This document shows, piece after piece, positions 11,113 through 21,149 of a stretch of 43,202 bases of DNA. The position numbers and the translations under genes are program-made. The notes beneath the pieces were generated by a model that saw only the letters and a list, made by a program, of their open reading frames with translations, was not told the origin of the DNA and did not search any database. The first letter of the stretch is position 1, and every line of letters starts with the position of its first letter. This DNA is from an uncultured cyanobacterium (GTDB taxonomy: Bacteria; Cyanobacteriota; Cyanobacteriia; Leptolyngbyales; Leptolyngbyaceae): positions 1 to 43,202 of the forward strand of contig CAVYAN010000084.1 of the NCBI GenBank assembly GCA_963766075.1, read 5' to 3'.

Positions 11113-12375
11113 ATGGCCCATTCTGCAGAAATTATTTGTGTCGGTACAGAACTGCTGTTGGGCGATATTCTCAACAGCAATGCGCAATTTTTGGCCCAGG
11201 AACTGGCCAGCTTGGGTATTCCCCACTATTACCAAACCGTGGTTGGGGATAATCCGGGGCGCATTCAGCAGGCCGTGGCGATCGCCTGCCAACGCCAGCC
11301 CGGAAATTTGCTGCTAATCTTTACCGGCGGGTTGGGACCGACGCCGGATGATTTGACCCATGCCACCCTAGCCGACGCCTTTGGGGTGCCTCTGACGGAG
11401 CGACCTGAGATTCTGGCCGACTTAGACCATAAATTCGCCGAGCGTGGCCGGACTATGACCGCCAATAATCGCAAACAAGCCTTGCTGCCAGCAGGGGCGA
11501 CTGTGTTGACGAATTCTAGCGGTACAGCTCCCGGTATTATCTGGCAGCCACGGCCTGAGGTGACCGTGCTGACCTTTCCTGGCGTACCCACAGAAATGCG
11601 ACGGATGTGGACCGAGGTTGCCGTCCCCTATTTGCGGATAGCGGGCTGGGTAGACCAGCCGATCTACAGCCGCACTCTACGATTTTGGGGAATTTCCGAA
11701 TCCTCCTTGGCGACTCAGGTTAATTCCTTCTTTGATCTAAAAAATCCGACCGTGGCCCCCTATGCTAACAATGGCGAGGTAAAACTGCGTATTTCCGCGC
11801 GGGCCGCGTCGGTCGCTGTCGCCCATGAGCTGATTGCGCCAGTGGAAGCCCAACTTCGGGAAATTGGCGGATTGGACTGTTTTGGGGCTGATAATGATTC
11901 CTTGGCCTCTGTTGTGGGGGACTTGCTAGGGGCGAATGCTGCGACCCTAGCCGTGGCAGAATCCTGTACAGGCGGAGGGTTGGGGGAAATGTTGACCGCT
12001 GTACCCGGCAGTTCTCGCTACTTTTGGGGGGGTGTGATTGCCTATGACAATACGGTGAAAGCTCGTCTTTTAGGTGTGGATCCCGCTGATTTGGAGGTCT
12101 ACGGGGCTGTCAGTGGCCAGGTGGCGGAGCAAATGGCGGTGGGGGTGCGCAATCGCCTCGGCACCACTTGGGGCTTGAGCATTACAGGGATTGCCGGACC
12201 CGAGGGGGGCACAGCCGAAAAGCCGGTGGGTCTAGTGTACATCGGTTTGGCGGGTCCCCAGGGTGTCACCAGTTTGGCCCAGCGGTTTGGTGGCGGACGC
12301 GGGCGTGACTGGGTGCGACGGCTCAGTGCGTGCACTGCCCTCGATCAACTGCGGCGAATATTATTAATTCCTTAA
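11113..12375 (+). CDS. cinA: Competence/damage-inducible protein A (NMN deamidase)
   Basis: AEIICVGTELLLG, GGLGPTPDDLT, AVAESCTGG, SITGIAGP. Confidence 0.95.
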   Translation: MAHSAEIICVGTELLLGDILNSNAQFLAQELASLGIPHYYQTVVGDNPGRIQQAVAIACQRQPGNLLLIFTGGLGPTPDDLTHATLADAFGVPLTERPEILADLDHKFAERGRTMTANNRKQALLPAGATVLTNSSGTAPGIIWQPRPEVTVLTFPGVPTEMRRMWTEVAVPYLRIAGWVDQPIYSRTLRFWGISESSLATQVNSFFDLKNPTVAPYANNGEVKLRISARAASVAVAHELIAPVEAQLREIGGLDCFGADNDSLASVVGDLLGANAATLAVAESCTGGGLGEMLTAVPGSSRYFWGGVIAYDNTVKARLLGVDPADLEVYGAVSGQVAEQMAVGVRNRLGTTWGLSITGIAGPEGGTAEKPVGLVYIGLAGPQGVTSLAQRFGGGRGRDWVRRLSACTALDQLRRILLIP

Positions 12376-12596
12376 TCTTCTCTTTGCCCCTTGGCTCTTC
12401 CCTCATAAATTAGTTAGAATCTTAACAACAAAAAGATTTTGGCTCTTAGTTGATTCGTTCGCTAGGATCTGAACCAAGTCTAGTTCGGAAGTTGGAGCGT
12501 TTCTCCGGAAGGATAGCACCATTGGCTGAGGTGATTAGACGTGGGACAGATTGAGCAATGGGTCGCTAAGTCGTAACACAAGGAGCTATTTGTCTA

Positions 12597-12731
12597 ATGG
12601 ACTATCTTGACAAGGTGCTGGAAAAAATCGGGGAATGGGTCCGCCGTTTGATCGATACCCTGCTGGGGCCAGAACCTGAGCCAGAGGCGGAAATGATTCC
12701 AGTCCCTGTTCACGATCGCCCACGTCGTTAA
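12597..12731 (+). CDS. 44-aa small protein upstream of aroQ (not in ORF track)
   Basis: AAGGAG RBS at 12580; MDYLDKVLEKIGEWVRRLIDTLLGPEPEPEAEMIPVPVHDRPRR*. Confidence 0.8.
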   Translation: MDYLDKVLEKIGEWVRRLIDTLLGPEPEPEAEMIPVPVHDRPRR

Positions 12732-12745
12732 TTTAGGGTTGCGTT

Positions 12746-13204
12746 TTGAGCGATCGTCGATTTAAAATTTTGGTTCTCCATGGACCAAATTTGAACCTTC
12801 TAGGTAAGCGAGAGCCAGGAATCTATGGTTCATCAACGCTGGATGACATTACGGCTCGGTTAGAAGCAGAAGCCGTTGATCTGGACGCTACGATTTCTAC
12901 TCTGCAATCAAATCATGAGGGCGTATTAGTGGATGCCATCCATGCTGCCATGGGCGCACAGGATGGCATTTTGATTAATGCGGGGGCCTATACCCATACC
13001 AGCGTGGCTCTACGGGATGCTCTAGCCGGTGTCGCCATCCCGACGGTAGAGGTTCACCTGAGTAATATTTATCGAAGAGAAGAATTTCGCCATCATTCTT
13101 ATATTGCCCCCGTCGCCCTCGGTCAAATTAGTGGCTTTGGTCCAGACAGCTATCGGCTGGGGCTACTGGCGCTGATCCACTATTTGGCTCAGCAACGCGC
13201 GTGA
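12746..13204 (+). CDS. aroQ: Type II 3-dehydroquinate dehydratase
   Basis: [40 protein letters not shown]. Confidence 0.97.
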   Translation: MSDRRFKILVLHGPNLNLLGKREPGIYGSSTLDDITARLEAEAVDLDATISTLQSNHEGVLVDAIHAAMGAQDGILINAGAYTHTSVALRDALAGVAIPTVEVHLSNIYRREEFRHHSYIAPVALGQISGFGPDSYRLGLLALIHYLAQQRA

Positions 13205-13350
13205 TTCCGTCAGGCTAGGGACTAGGCGTCTCGGGAGCAAGTTCTGGAAACGATCGCCTTTTGATGCGGTTGATACAGTTAGCAGGGCGTGAATCGTTGC
13301 ACAGTAGACCGGGCTGCTAAATGCTCGGGCCGGCTAAGTGGTGGATGGGT

Positions 13351-13755
13351 ATGGATACAGGGGTGAATTTGGCCGTAAACGGCACGCTGATGCAGGGACT
13401 GGAGTTGAACCCCAATCTGCTGCGGGTGGGGGCTAAGTTTTTGCGGTTGGCCACGACCGAACCTGCCTATCGTCTCTGGTCAATCGGCGATCGCCATCCG
13501 GCGATGCAGCGGGTGACGGTGGGTGGAGCGGCGATCGCCCTAGAGGTTTGGGCTGTTCCTGTTGCGGGAGTTAGCCAATTGTTGCTGTGGGAGCCTCCGG
13601 GACTGTGCATTGGCAAGGTGCGGCTGGCGGACGGGGAAGAAGTGCTGGGAGTTTTGGGTGAGGCCATCCTGTGTGAAGGACAGCTAGAGATTACGGCCTG
13701 GGGCGGGTGGCGGGCCTATATCGAAGATTTACGCAATGGAAAAGACCAGGGGTGA
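13351..13755 (+). CDS. Stand-alone allophanate hydrolase C-terminal-like (GGCT-fold) protein
   Basis: LAVNGTLMQGLELN..YRL..LEVWAVP..PPGLCIGKVRLADG..ITAWGGWRAY resembles the AtzF C-domain. Start uncertain (13321, 13345 or 13351). Confidence 0.8.
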   Translation: MDTGVNLAVNGTLMQGLELNPNLLRVGAKFLRLATTEPAYRLWSIGDRHPAMQRVTVGGAAIALEVWAVPVAGVSQLLLWEPPGLCIGKVRLADGEEVLGVLGEAILCEGQLEITAWGGWRAYIEDLRNGKDQG

Positions 13756-13760
13756 GGGCG

Positions 13761-13967
13761 ATGCCAGAGAACGTGCCAGAGAACAGGCCAGAGATCACGG
13801 TTGAGGCATGGGTGGATAGCATGGCGGCCCTTGTGGGCCTGCCGTTATTGCCGGAACACCGACCCGGAGTCGTGGAAAATTTTGAGCGGATTCGGGCGAT
13901 CGCCCAACGGGTCATGGAGTTTCCACTTTCCGAAGAAATTGAGGCGGGTCCAACCTTTGAGCCGTAG
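13761..13967 (+). CDS. DUF4089 / AtzG-like small subunit
   Basis: 68 aa; MAALVGLPL..HRPGVVENFERI..FPL..E.GPTFEP, directly before an AtzE-family amidase. Confidence 0.8.
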   Translation: MPENVPENRPEITVEAWVDSMAALVGLPLLPEHRPGVVENFERIRAIAQRVMEFPLSEEIEAGPTFEP

Positions 13968-14033
13968 GGCCGACCTAGACCTAACCGCCCAGAAATTGCC
14001 TAAATTTTCAGCAAACCGTTACTCATCATCCCC

Positions 14034-15437
14034 ATGGCCTTTTCCTTCCCCGATGCCACCCAGATTGCCCAGAGTGTCCGGGGCCAAGAAGTCACGGCTA
14101 AAGAAGTTGTAGCCGCTGCCTTGGCCCAGATTGCTGCCCGCGATGGCACGTTGAATTGCTTTACAGCCGTGCTGGCTGAACAGGCCCTGACGGATGCGGG
14201 GGCGGTGGATGCGGCGATCGCTGCGGGCCAGGACCCTGGGCCTTTAGCGGGTGTTCCCTTTGCCGTCAAGGATTTGTTCGATGTGGCTGGTATTCCGACC
14301 TTGGCGGGGTCAAAAATCAATGCGGAACGTCCTCCGGCTACCCATGATGCCACATTGGTAATGCGGTTGAAGCAGGCGGGGGCGATCTTGGTGGGGGCCT
14401 TGAATATGGATGAATACGCCTACGGATTCACCACCGAAAACGCCCACTATGGTCCCACTCGCAATCCCCATGATGTGAGCCGGATCAGCGGGGGCTCCTC
14501 CGGCGGATCTGCCGCTGCGGTGGCAGCGGGGCTGGTGCCGCTGACCTTAGGCTCCGATACGAATGGATCGATTCGGGTACCTGCGTCTCTCTGTGGCATC
14601 TTTGGCTTAAAGCCGACCTATGGGCGGCTGTCCCGCGCCCGAACTTACCCGTTCTGCGGTAGTTTTGATCACTTGGGGCCCTTTGGGCGATCGGTGCGGG
14701 ATGTGGCGCTAACCTTTGATTTGCTTCAGGGGCCCGATGCGTTGGATCCCGTCTGTACCCAACGTCCTGTGGAGGCGACCCTGCCGCAACTGGACCAGGG
14801 AATTGCGGGATTGCGGATTGGGGTAGCGGATGGCTATTTTCGGCAGGGGGCGGCGGCAACGGTGCTGGCGGCGGTAGATCAGGTGGCCGACGCCTTGGGT
14901 GCAACTCAGCGGATAACGATTCCGGAGGCACAGCGGGCGCGGGCGGCAGCGTTTGTGATTACGGCCTGTGAGGGCAGTAATTTGCATTTGGCCGACTTGA
15001 AAGTGCGGCCCCAGGATTTTGATCCAGGGACGCGCGATCGCTTCCTGGCCGGAGCCTTGGTTCCGGCTACGTGGTACATCCAGGCGCAGCGGCTGCGGCG
15101 ATGGTATCGCGATCGGCTGCGGGAACTGTTCCAGACCGTTGATATTATTCTGGCCCCGGCGACGCCCTGTGCTGCGCCACTGATCGGCCAGACCACTTTG
15201 CAACTGGGGGATTTGGAAGTACCGCTCCGCCCCAACTTAGGGCTGTACACGCAGCCTTTGTCCTTCGTGGGAGTGCCCATTATTGCGGTGCCTGTGCAGA
15301 GCGCAGGACAGTTGCCCGTGGGTGTACAAGTGATTGGTGCGCCTTACAATGAAGCGCTCATTTTGCGGGTAGCGGCCTTTCTGGAAAAAGAAGGGGTCGT
15401 CTCGGCAGATGTTGCAGGGCCGGGGCCGCTGCGCTAA
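14034..15437 (+). CDS. AtzE-family amidase-signature amidohydrolase
   Basis: [39 protein letters not shown] (Ser-cisSer-Lys), [18 protein letters not shown]. Confidence 0.88.
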   Translation: MAFSFPDATQIAQSVRGQEVTAKEVVAAALAQIAARDGTLNCFTAVLAEQALTDAGAVDAAIAAGQDPGPLAGVPFAVKDLFDVAGIPTLAGSKINAERPPATHDATLVMRLKQAGAILVGALNMDEYAYGFTTENAHYGPTRNPHDVSRISGGSSGGSAAAVAAGLVPLTLGSDTNGSIRVPASLCGIFGLKPTYGRLSRARTYPFCGSFDHLGPFGRSVRDVALTFDLLQGPDALDPVCTQRPVEATLPQLDQGIAGLRIGVADGYFRQGAAATVLAAVDQVADALGATQRITIPEAQRARAAAFVITACEGSNLHLADLKVRPQDFDPGTRDRFLAGALVPATWYIQAQRLRRWYRDRLRELFQTVDIILAPATPCAAPLIGQTTLQLGDLEVPLRPNLGLYTQPLSFVGVPIIAVPVQSAGQLPVGVQVIGAPYNEALILRVAAFLEKEGVVSADVAGPGPLR

Positions 15438-15464
15438 TGGCCCCGGGCTTTGTTCCGTGGTTCG

Positions 15465-16235
15465 CTACTCTAACGTCGGTGGAATGCCCAGCACGGCGCA
15501 GGGAAACGCCAGACCCAACTGCTCCACCACCCGGTTTTCCACCGATGTGCAGCCCAGCAGCAGCACACTGGCCGATTCCGCATTCACCACCCGCCGTAAT
15601 TCCTGGGCGACATTGCCAAACCGCAGGTGGGTCTTGAGGGATCCGCGCCATTCGTCGGCCATTTGTCGGGCCTGCCAGAGAATGCGATCGGCATGATCAA
15701 AGTGATCAACGGGCTGATCGACCAGCGGCAGTGGCTCTGTAGCTATCCCAGCTAAATCCATCCCGGCTAAATCCCTATTGGCTAGATCCGGTAAAGCTGC
15801 CACGGCACCCAGCCCGCGATTGGTCTCTGGCCACCGCTCTGCCAGATGAAAGGGCTCTAGGGTGGTCGCGCGATCGCCTAGCCATCCCGCTGGTGCGGCA
15901 TAGGGCAATAGGGGCTCTAGTGCACACTCTGGCGCGCACTCTTGAGCGTACTGTTCCTCTAAATCCACCACGTACACCACCTGCACCGTAACGTGATGGC
16001 GTGTGGCTAGGCGGGTTTGATGGGCAATCCACAGGGTCAAATCCAACGCCGTTTGACTGTTGGGTGAGCCATTATAGCCCACCACCAAATTAATTTCGCG
16101 TGGCTTTCCCCAGGTTAACCCCGGATTCGGGACACCCGAATCCGGCGGGATGGGTGGCAGCAGCACCATTTGTTTAGACAAATTGCTACGGCCTAAGGCA
16201 TCTTCAAGACGCGCCAACATGGACAAAATATTCAT
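15465..16235 (-). CDS. Universal stress protein (USP) family
   Basis: LVVGYNGSPNSQTALDL..V.VVYVVD and C-terminal LRFGNVAQEL..LLLGC..FPCAVLGIP; long internal insert. Confidence 0.85.
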   Translation of the reverse strand: MNILSMLARLEDALGRSNLSKQMVLLPPIPPDSGVPNPGLTWGKPREINLVVGYNGSPNSQTALDLTLWIAHQTRLATRHHVTVQVVYVVDLEEQYAQECAPECALEPLLPYAAPAGWLGDRATTLEPFHLAERWPETNRGLGAVAALPDLANRDLAGMDLAGIATEPLPLVDQPVDHFDHADRILWQARQMADEWRGSLKTHLRFGNVAQELRRVVNAESASVLLLGCTSVENRVVEQLGLAFPCAVLGIPPTLE

Positions 16236-16384
16236 GAACTAACCTCTCAGGAAATAGGGTTTGCGAGAGAGGTGGGTTGAGGCAACCAGCCTGAACAGGA
16301 AGATTTCAGCTTGAAATAGACCTAGAAAAGCTGGTTTAGGAGATACCAATACTGCGATCCATACAGCGATCGCCAATGCTGGGT

Positions 16385-16550
16385 ACTCCTCCCATAGCCG
16401 ACGGAGTTAGCTGACGGGCGAAGACTGGAAGGTGTCTCTCTCAGCACTCTGAGATTAGCCCCCTAAAAGATGGTTCCTCCGCTGGAACTGCCGACTCCAA
16501 AGTACCCTTAGCAGAGCTACTCTGGCCTCAGCGTATTCGCATTAGGCGAC
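16385..16550 (-). promoter_or_regulatory. c-di-AMP (ydaO/yuaA) riboswitch
   Basis: Minus strand reads CGCCTAAT..GCGGAGGAACCA..GGGGCTAATC..GCCCGTCAGCTAACTCCGTCGGC..GGGAGGA, the ydaO hallmark motifs, ~150 nt upstream of the USP start. Confidence 0.92.
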
Positions 16551-16924
16551 CCACAATTGAACGTAATCTAAGCTAGACAACGGAAACATCAAACAACCAA
16601 AACCTTACCGTCTCGCGAAAATTGGAGAATCCCTGCCTCACACACGGCTCGCCCCCCTGGGCACTGTCACATCTCCTCACCCAATCTATAGTAACGCACA
16701 TCCCAAAGTTGCTATTTACAACACCACTGCTGAGAAATCATGACGGGGATGGGGACAAATCACATCGAGAGGGAATCCCCAGCGATGTTCCCCGAAACAC
16801 TGAACGCCAAACTCTAAAATCCCCAGATTTTCCGCCACTTTTCTATCCGCAGTTTAAGATCAGAAGCATTCAATCCTCGCAGGTGGACTTGGCAGCCTCT
16901 GCATACGTAACTGGACCTTTAGGT

Positions 16925-19609
16925 GTGAACCGTTCTTCGTTGTCTTCAGGGCTGGACTTGCAAAGCCTGTTTCCGTTTGAGCTGGATAGTTTCCAATTGC
17001 AGGCGATCGCGGCCCTAGACGCTGGACGTTCCGTTGTCGTCTGTGCGCCCACCGGATCCGGAAAAACCTTAATTGGTGAATACGCCATCCATCGCGCCTT
17101 GGCCCATAACAAGCGGGTCTTTTACACCACCCCCCTCAAGGCCCTTTCCAACCAGAAACTGCGAGATTTTCGGGACCAATTTGGTCAGGATGCGGTGGGT
17201 CTCCTAACCGGGGACACCTCGATTAATCGGGATGCTCCCATCCTGGTGATGACCACGGAAATCTTTCGCAACATGCTCTACGGCACTCCCATCGGCGAAG
17301 TCGGTACCTCGTTGGCCAATGTGGAAGCAGTGGTGCTGGATGAATGCCACTATATGAACGATCGCCAGCGGGGCACCGTTTGGGAAGAGTCGATCATTTA
17401 CTGCTCCACGGACATTCAACTCGTAGCCCTGTCCGCTACCGTGGCCAACAGTGACCAACTCACTGACTGGATTCATGAAGTCCATGGCCCCACAGACCTA
17501 ATCTACTCTGACTTCCGACCCGTTCCCCTGACCTTCCACTTCTGCAATGCCAAAGGGCTTTTTCCCCTGCTGGATGATGACGGCAAAAAGATGAACCCCC
17601 GCCTTCGGCCCAAGGGCGGCAAAGTCAGTAAAGTCAACCCCAAAGGCCGGGGGCCGCGTCCCGAAACCCCGCCCCTAGGGTTTGTCCTGAGTCAACTGCA
17701 ACAGCGGGATATGCTACCCGCCATTTATTTCATTTTCAGTCGGCGGGGCTGCGAAAAGGCGGTAGCGGATATTGACCAACTGCCGATTTCCCTGGTTACG
17801 CCCGACGAAGCGGCTCAGTTGAAGGACTTGATTGACGACTTCCTCATTCGCAACCCCGAAGTTGGACGGGCCGAACAAATTGCCCCACTGCTCAAGGGCA
17901 TTGCCTCCCATCATGCGGGCATCCTGCCTGCGTGGAAAGGGCTAGTCGAGGAACTGTTCCAGCGGGGGTTGATTAAAGTGGTCTTTGCCACAGAAACCCT
18001 GGCTGCCGGGATTAATATGCCCGCTCGGACTACGGTCGTCTCTAGCCTCTCTAAGCGAACAGACTTGGGCCATCGGCTGCTCAATGCCTCGGAATTTTTG
18101 CAAATGTCGGGGCGGGCGGGGCGACGGGGTATGGATATTCAGGGGCATGTTGTGACGGTGCAGACGGCATTTGAAGGCGCACGGGAAGCATCCTATTTGG
18201 CCACGGTGGGGGCCAATCCTCTCGTCAGCCAGTTTACGCCCAGCTACGGCATGGTCTTGAATTTACTGCAAACCCATAGCCTAGAAGAAGCCAGGGTCCT
18301 GATTGAAAAGAGCTTTGGCCAATATTTAGCTGCTTTATCTCTGCGGCCCTATCAGGAATACATCACCAACCTAGAAACGGAACTGGCCCAACTGGAGGCC
18401 CAGGTTGGTGAAGTGGATTGGAAATTGATGGGCCAATACGACAAGCTCCAGGAACGCTTGAAGGAAGAGCAGCGCTTGCTGAAGATTTTGCAAGATCAAG
18501 CCATTGAAGTCCAAGCCAGCGATTTGCCGGTGACGTTGTCCTTTGCGGTGGCGGGAACAATCCTCAGCCTCAAGGGCAAGCATATTCCGGTGCCGGAACC
18601 TTTGCCATCGGTGCTGGTCACAAAAGTGCCGGGGGCAGGGCAGTTTCCCTACTTGGTTTGTATTGGCATGGACAACCGTTGGTACGTTGCCACGGTGGGA
18701 GATGTGGTGGGGCTACGGGGGGAAATTGCCCGTCTGCGCCGAGTGGACGATTTGACCTTGCCCGTCGAACTGCCGTTGAAGCCGGGACAGGTGAGAAAGG
18801 GGGATGAAATCACAGGGGCGATCGCCGCCCAAATTCCTGCACCCGAGTCCCTCGAAGAAATTGCCCCTGAAGTTTACGCGCAGCAAAAACGCACCGACGC
18901 GGTTGCGGCCCAGATGGCTGCCCATCCTGTCCATCAATGGGGCAATCGCAGCAGCATCCACACGCGCCAAAAGCGGATCAAAGCGATTCAACTGGAGCTG
19001 GACGATCGCCGCACTAAACTGAGTGGCCAAATTCATCGCCACTGGGACGAATTTGTCAGCCTGATCGATATTCTCCAGGCGTTTAACTGTCTCAATGAGC
19101 TGATGCCCACGCCGCTGGGTCAGGCCACTGCGGCCATTCGAGGTGACAATGAACTCTGGCTGGGACTGGCCTTTATGTCTGGCGAACTTGACGACCTGGA
19201 TCCCCATCACTTGGCCGCAGCCTGTGCGGCCCTGGTCACAGAAGTTTCTCGCCCTGATAGTTGGACCCACTACCGCCTTTCTGGGGAAGTTGAGGAAGCC
19301 TTGGGTGGCCTACGCCACATTCGCCGCCGCCTGTTCCAACTGCAACGCCGCCACCAAGTCGCTGCCCCTGTTTGGTTAGAGTACGATCTGGTGGCCTTGG
19401 TGGAACAGTGGGCCTTGGGCGCGGAGTGGCTGGATCTGGTGGGGCACACCAGCCTAGATGAGGGCGATGTGGTCCGCATGCTGCGGCGCACGCTGGATCT
19501 GTTGTCCCAAATTCCCTACGTGCCGCATGTTTCCCAATCGTTGAAGGATAATGCGCGGCGGGCTACACAGTTGTGCGATCGCTTCCCGGTGAATGAAGTC
19601 ATTGAGTGA
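16925..19609 (+). CDS. Ski2-like DExH RNA helicase (HelY family)
   Basis: APTGSGKT, DECH, SAT, ATETLAAGINMPA, QMSGRAGRRG, C-terminal DSHCT-like DEGDVVRMLRR. GTG start at 16925 chosen; the ORF extends to 16622. Confidence 0.93.
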   Translation: MNRSSLSSGLDLQSLFPFELDSFQLQAIAALDAGRSVVVCAPTGSGKTLIGEYAIHRALAHNKRVFYTTPLKALSNQKLRDFRDQFGQDAVGLLTGDTSINRDAPILVMTTEIFRNMLYGTPIGEVGTSLANVEAVVLDECHYMNDRQRGTVWEESIIYCSTDIQLVALSATVANSDQLTDWIHEVHGPTDLIYSDFRPVPLTFHFCNAKGLFPLLDDDGKKMNPRLRPKGGKVSKVNPKGRGPRPETPPLGFVLSQLQQRDMLPAIYFIFSRRGCEKAVADIDQLPISLVTPDEAAQLKDLIDDFLIRNPEVGRAEQIAPLLKGIASHHAGILPAWKGLVEELFQRGLIKVVFATETLAAGINMPARTTVVSSLSKRTDLGHRLLNASEFLQMSGRAGRRGMDIQGHVVTVQTAFEGAREASYLATVGANPLVSQFTPSYGMVLNLLQTHSLEEARVLIEKSFGQYLAALSLRPYQEYITNLETELAQLEAQVGEVDWKLMGQYDKLQERLKEEQRLLKILQDQAIEVQASDLPVTLSFAVAGTILSLKGKHIPVPEPLPSVLVTKVPGAGQFPYLVCIGMDNRWYVATVGDVVGLRGEIARLRRVDDLTLPVELPLKPGQVRKGDEITGAIAAQIPAPESLEEIAPEVYAQQKRTDAVAAQMAAHPVHQWGNRSSIHTRQKRIKAIQLELDDRRTKLSGQIHRHWDEFVSLIDILQAFNCLNELMPTPLGQATAAIRGDNELWLGLAFMSGELDDLDPHHLAAACAALVTEVSRPDSWTHYRLSGEVEEALGGLRHIRRRLFQLQRRHQVAAPVWLEYDLVALVEQWALGAEWLDLVGHTSLDEGDVVRMLRRTLDLLSQIPYVPHVSQSLKDNARRATQLCDRFPVNEVIE

Positions 19610-19741
19610 ATTTAGCCCGTGAATTTAGCCTAATTTGTCCTGATGCAGCGGTTTATATCGCGTATCAGTAGGTGGGGATGCTCTAGTTTGGTATACGGCT
19701 TTGGTGTACGGCGCAACCCCCCATAGCAGGCTTTTTGATTT

Positions 19742-20998
19742 ATGAAATTTACTCCTACTCAGATTTCGATTTGTGCTTTGGGTACGCTTGCCACTCTAGC
19801 AGCGGGATATGGCTTGAGTCAGGGCCAGTCTGCAAACCCGAGTCCCAACCTGGCCCAAATAGACTCCGAAAAACCGCAAACGGATCCAGCCCAAGCCGCC
19901 ATGTTACCGGATCTACGGCCGCCGCTGGCGCAGCCAGAAATCCTCTCGCCGCCACCGCTGGCGAAACTGCCCAGCATCAACGGCCAACGGCCCATGCCGA
20001 TGCCTGCCATCCTGAGCCCCGTGGCCACGCCCATGATTGATCGCCTCCGGGCAGCCAATTCCGCCGCATCATCTGCATCAGCAGTAGCCTCACCCGCAGT
20101 AGCATCACCAGAATTACCATCACCCGCATTAGCATCATCAACTCGGAGCATACTACTCAGCCCACCGGGATCCAGTGCTGGGGAGGATCGTTCCCAAATC
20201 GCACCCCAAGTCACTGCTCCCAGCCCATCGTCAGACCAGGGCCATGGGCCATTGCGGCCCCAGATGGGCACACCCCTAGCTGTAACATCAGCATCGGCCC
20301 CTCTACCCCCGGCCCTGTCAACGCCAGAGCGTGCATTCCCATCCAGTGCATCGCGCCAAGGCCCACCCCTGCCCAGCGTTGTGCCACAGGATGGGCTCGC
20401 GACGCAAACGACGCAAGCCGCGGGCGGGCCGTCGGGGACTGTTGTACCGTCCTCCCGGCTGACAGATGACAATTTACCCCAAGCTCCGTTGCCCCCCAGC
20501 GATCTGCCCGCAACCGACCTCGCGGATGCCGCTCCCCCGGCCCCATCTCCCGCCAGCCAGCCCTCCGATCGCCCCACGGCAGGGATAGCCGATGCGACGA
20601 GTGCACCGCCCTTGCCACTCTCGCCATCGGTGGAGGCTTCTCAGGCGGATGGCAGCGTCCTAGCGGAGTTCCATACCCTAGAATCGGGCGATCGCCTGCG
20701 GATTGAAATCCTCAATTTTCCGGAATATAACAAAGACTATCAAGTTCTGGAAAATGGGACAGTGGAGTTGAATCTAGCGGGGAGCCTCAACGTGCAGGGA
20801 CTGACGCGCAAGCAGGCAGAGGCAGCAATTGCCTCGCGCTATGCCAAGCTGTTGCAGCGGCCAGTTCTGGATGTCCGGGTGCTGGCAACCCGCTCCCTCA
20901 ATGCGGCGATTTCTAGCGCTGGGCGTGACTCTGACGTGGCTCGCGCGATTGCCGCCGCAGGCCCCAAGTTCTTCCATGGGGTACCAGGGCCTCAGTGA
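19742..20998 (+). CDS. Secreted Pro/Ser-rich protein with a C-terminal polysaccharide-export (Wza N-terminal) domain
   Basis: Signal peptide, ~270-aa low-complexity region, then LESGDRLRIEI..Y.V..NGTV.L.L.G.L.V.GLT..A...I..RY...L..P. Confidence 0.75.
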   Translation: MKFTPTQISICALGTLATLAAGYGLSQGQSANPSPNLAQIDSEKPQTDPAQAAMLPDLRPPLAQPEILSPPPLAKLPSINGQRPMPMPAILSPVATPMIDRLRAANSAASSASAVASPAVASPELPSPALASSTRSILLSPPGSSAGEDRSQIAPQVTAPSPSSDQGHGPLRPQMGTPLAVTSASAPLPPALSTPERAFPSSASRQGPPLPSVVPQDGLATQTTQAAGGPSGTVVPSSRLTDDNLPQAPLPPSDLPATDLADAAPPAPSPASQPSDRPTAGIADATSAPPLPLSPSVEASQADGSVLAEFHTLESGDRLRIEILNFPEYNKDYQVLENGTVELNLAGSLNVQGLTRKQAEAAIASRYAKLLQRPVLDVRVLATRSLNAAISSAGRDSDVARAIAAAGPKFFHGVPGPQ

Positions 20999-21149
20999 GT
21001 CCTCCCTGGGAATAGTCCTCCCTGGGAATAGTCATGTTGCGTTTTGCAGTTGTGGGGCTGAAAGGGATCTCCTCAGGCCAACACCAGTGCGGTGTTCGGT
21101 CTCATGGCAGGACATGATGTTGAAACAAATTTTAAGCAGGGTGAAAACA

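Noticed and set aside
13263..13276. NtcA site upstream of the Atz-like module (GAT-N8-TAC)
   Set aside because: The left half-site deviates from GTA and there is no good -10 element at the expected spacing.
16622..16924. N-terminal 100-aa extension of the helicase
   Set aside because: Looks like non-coding divergent promoter DNA; family similarity begins near LFPFELD.
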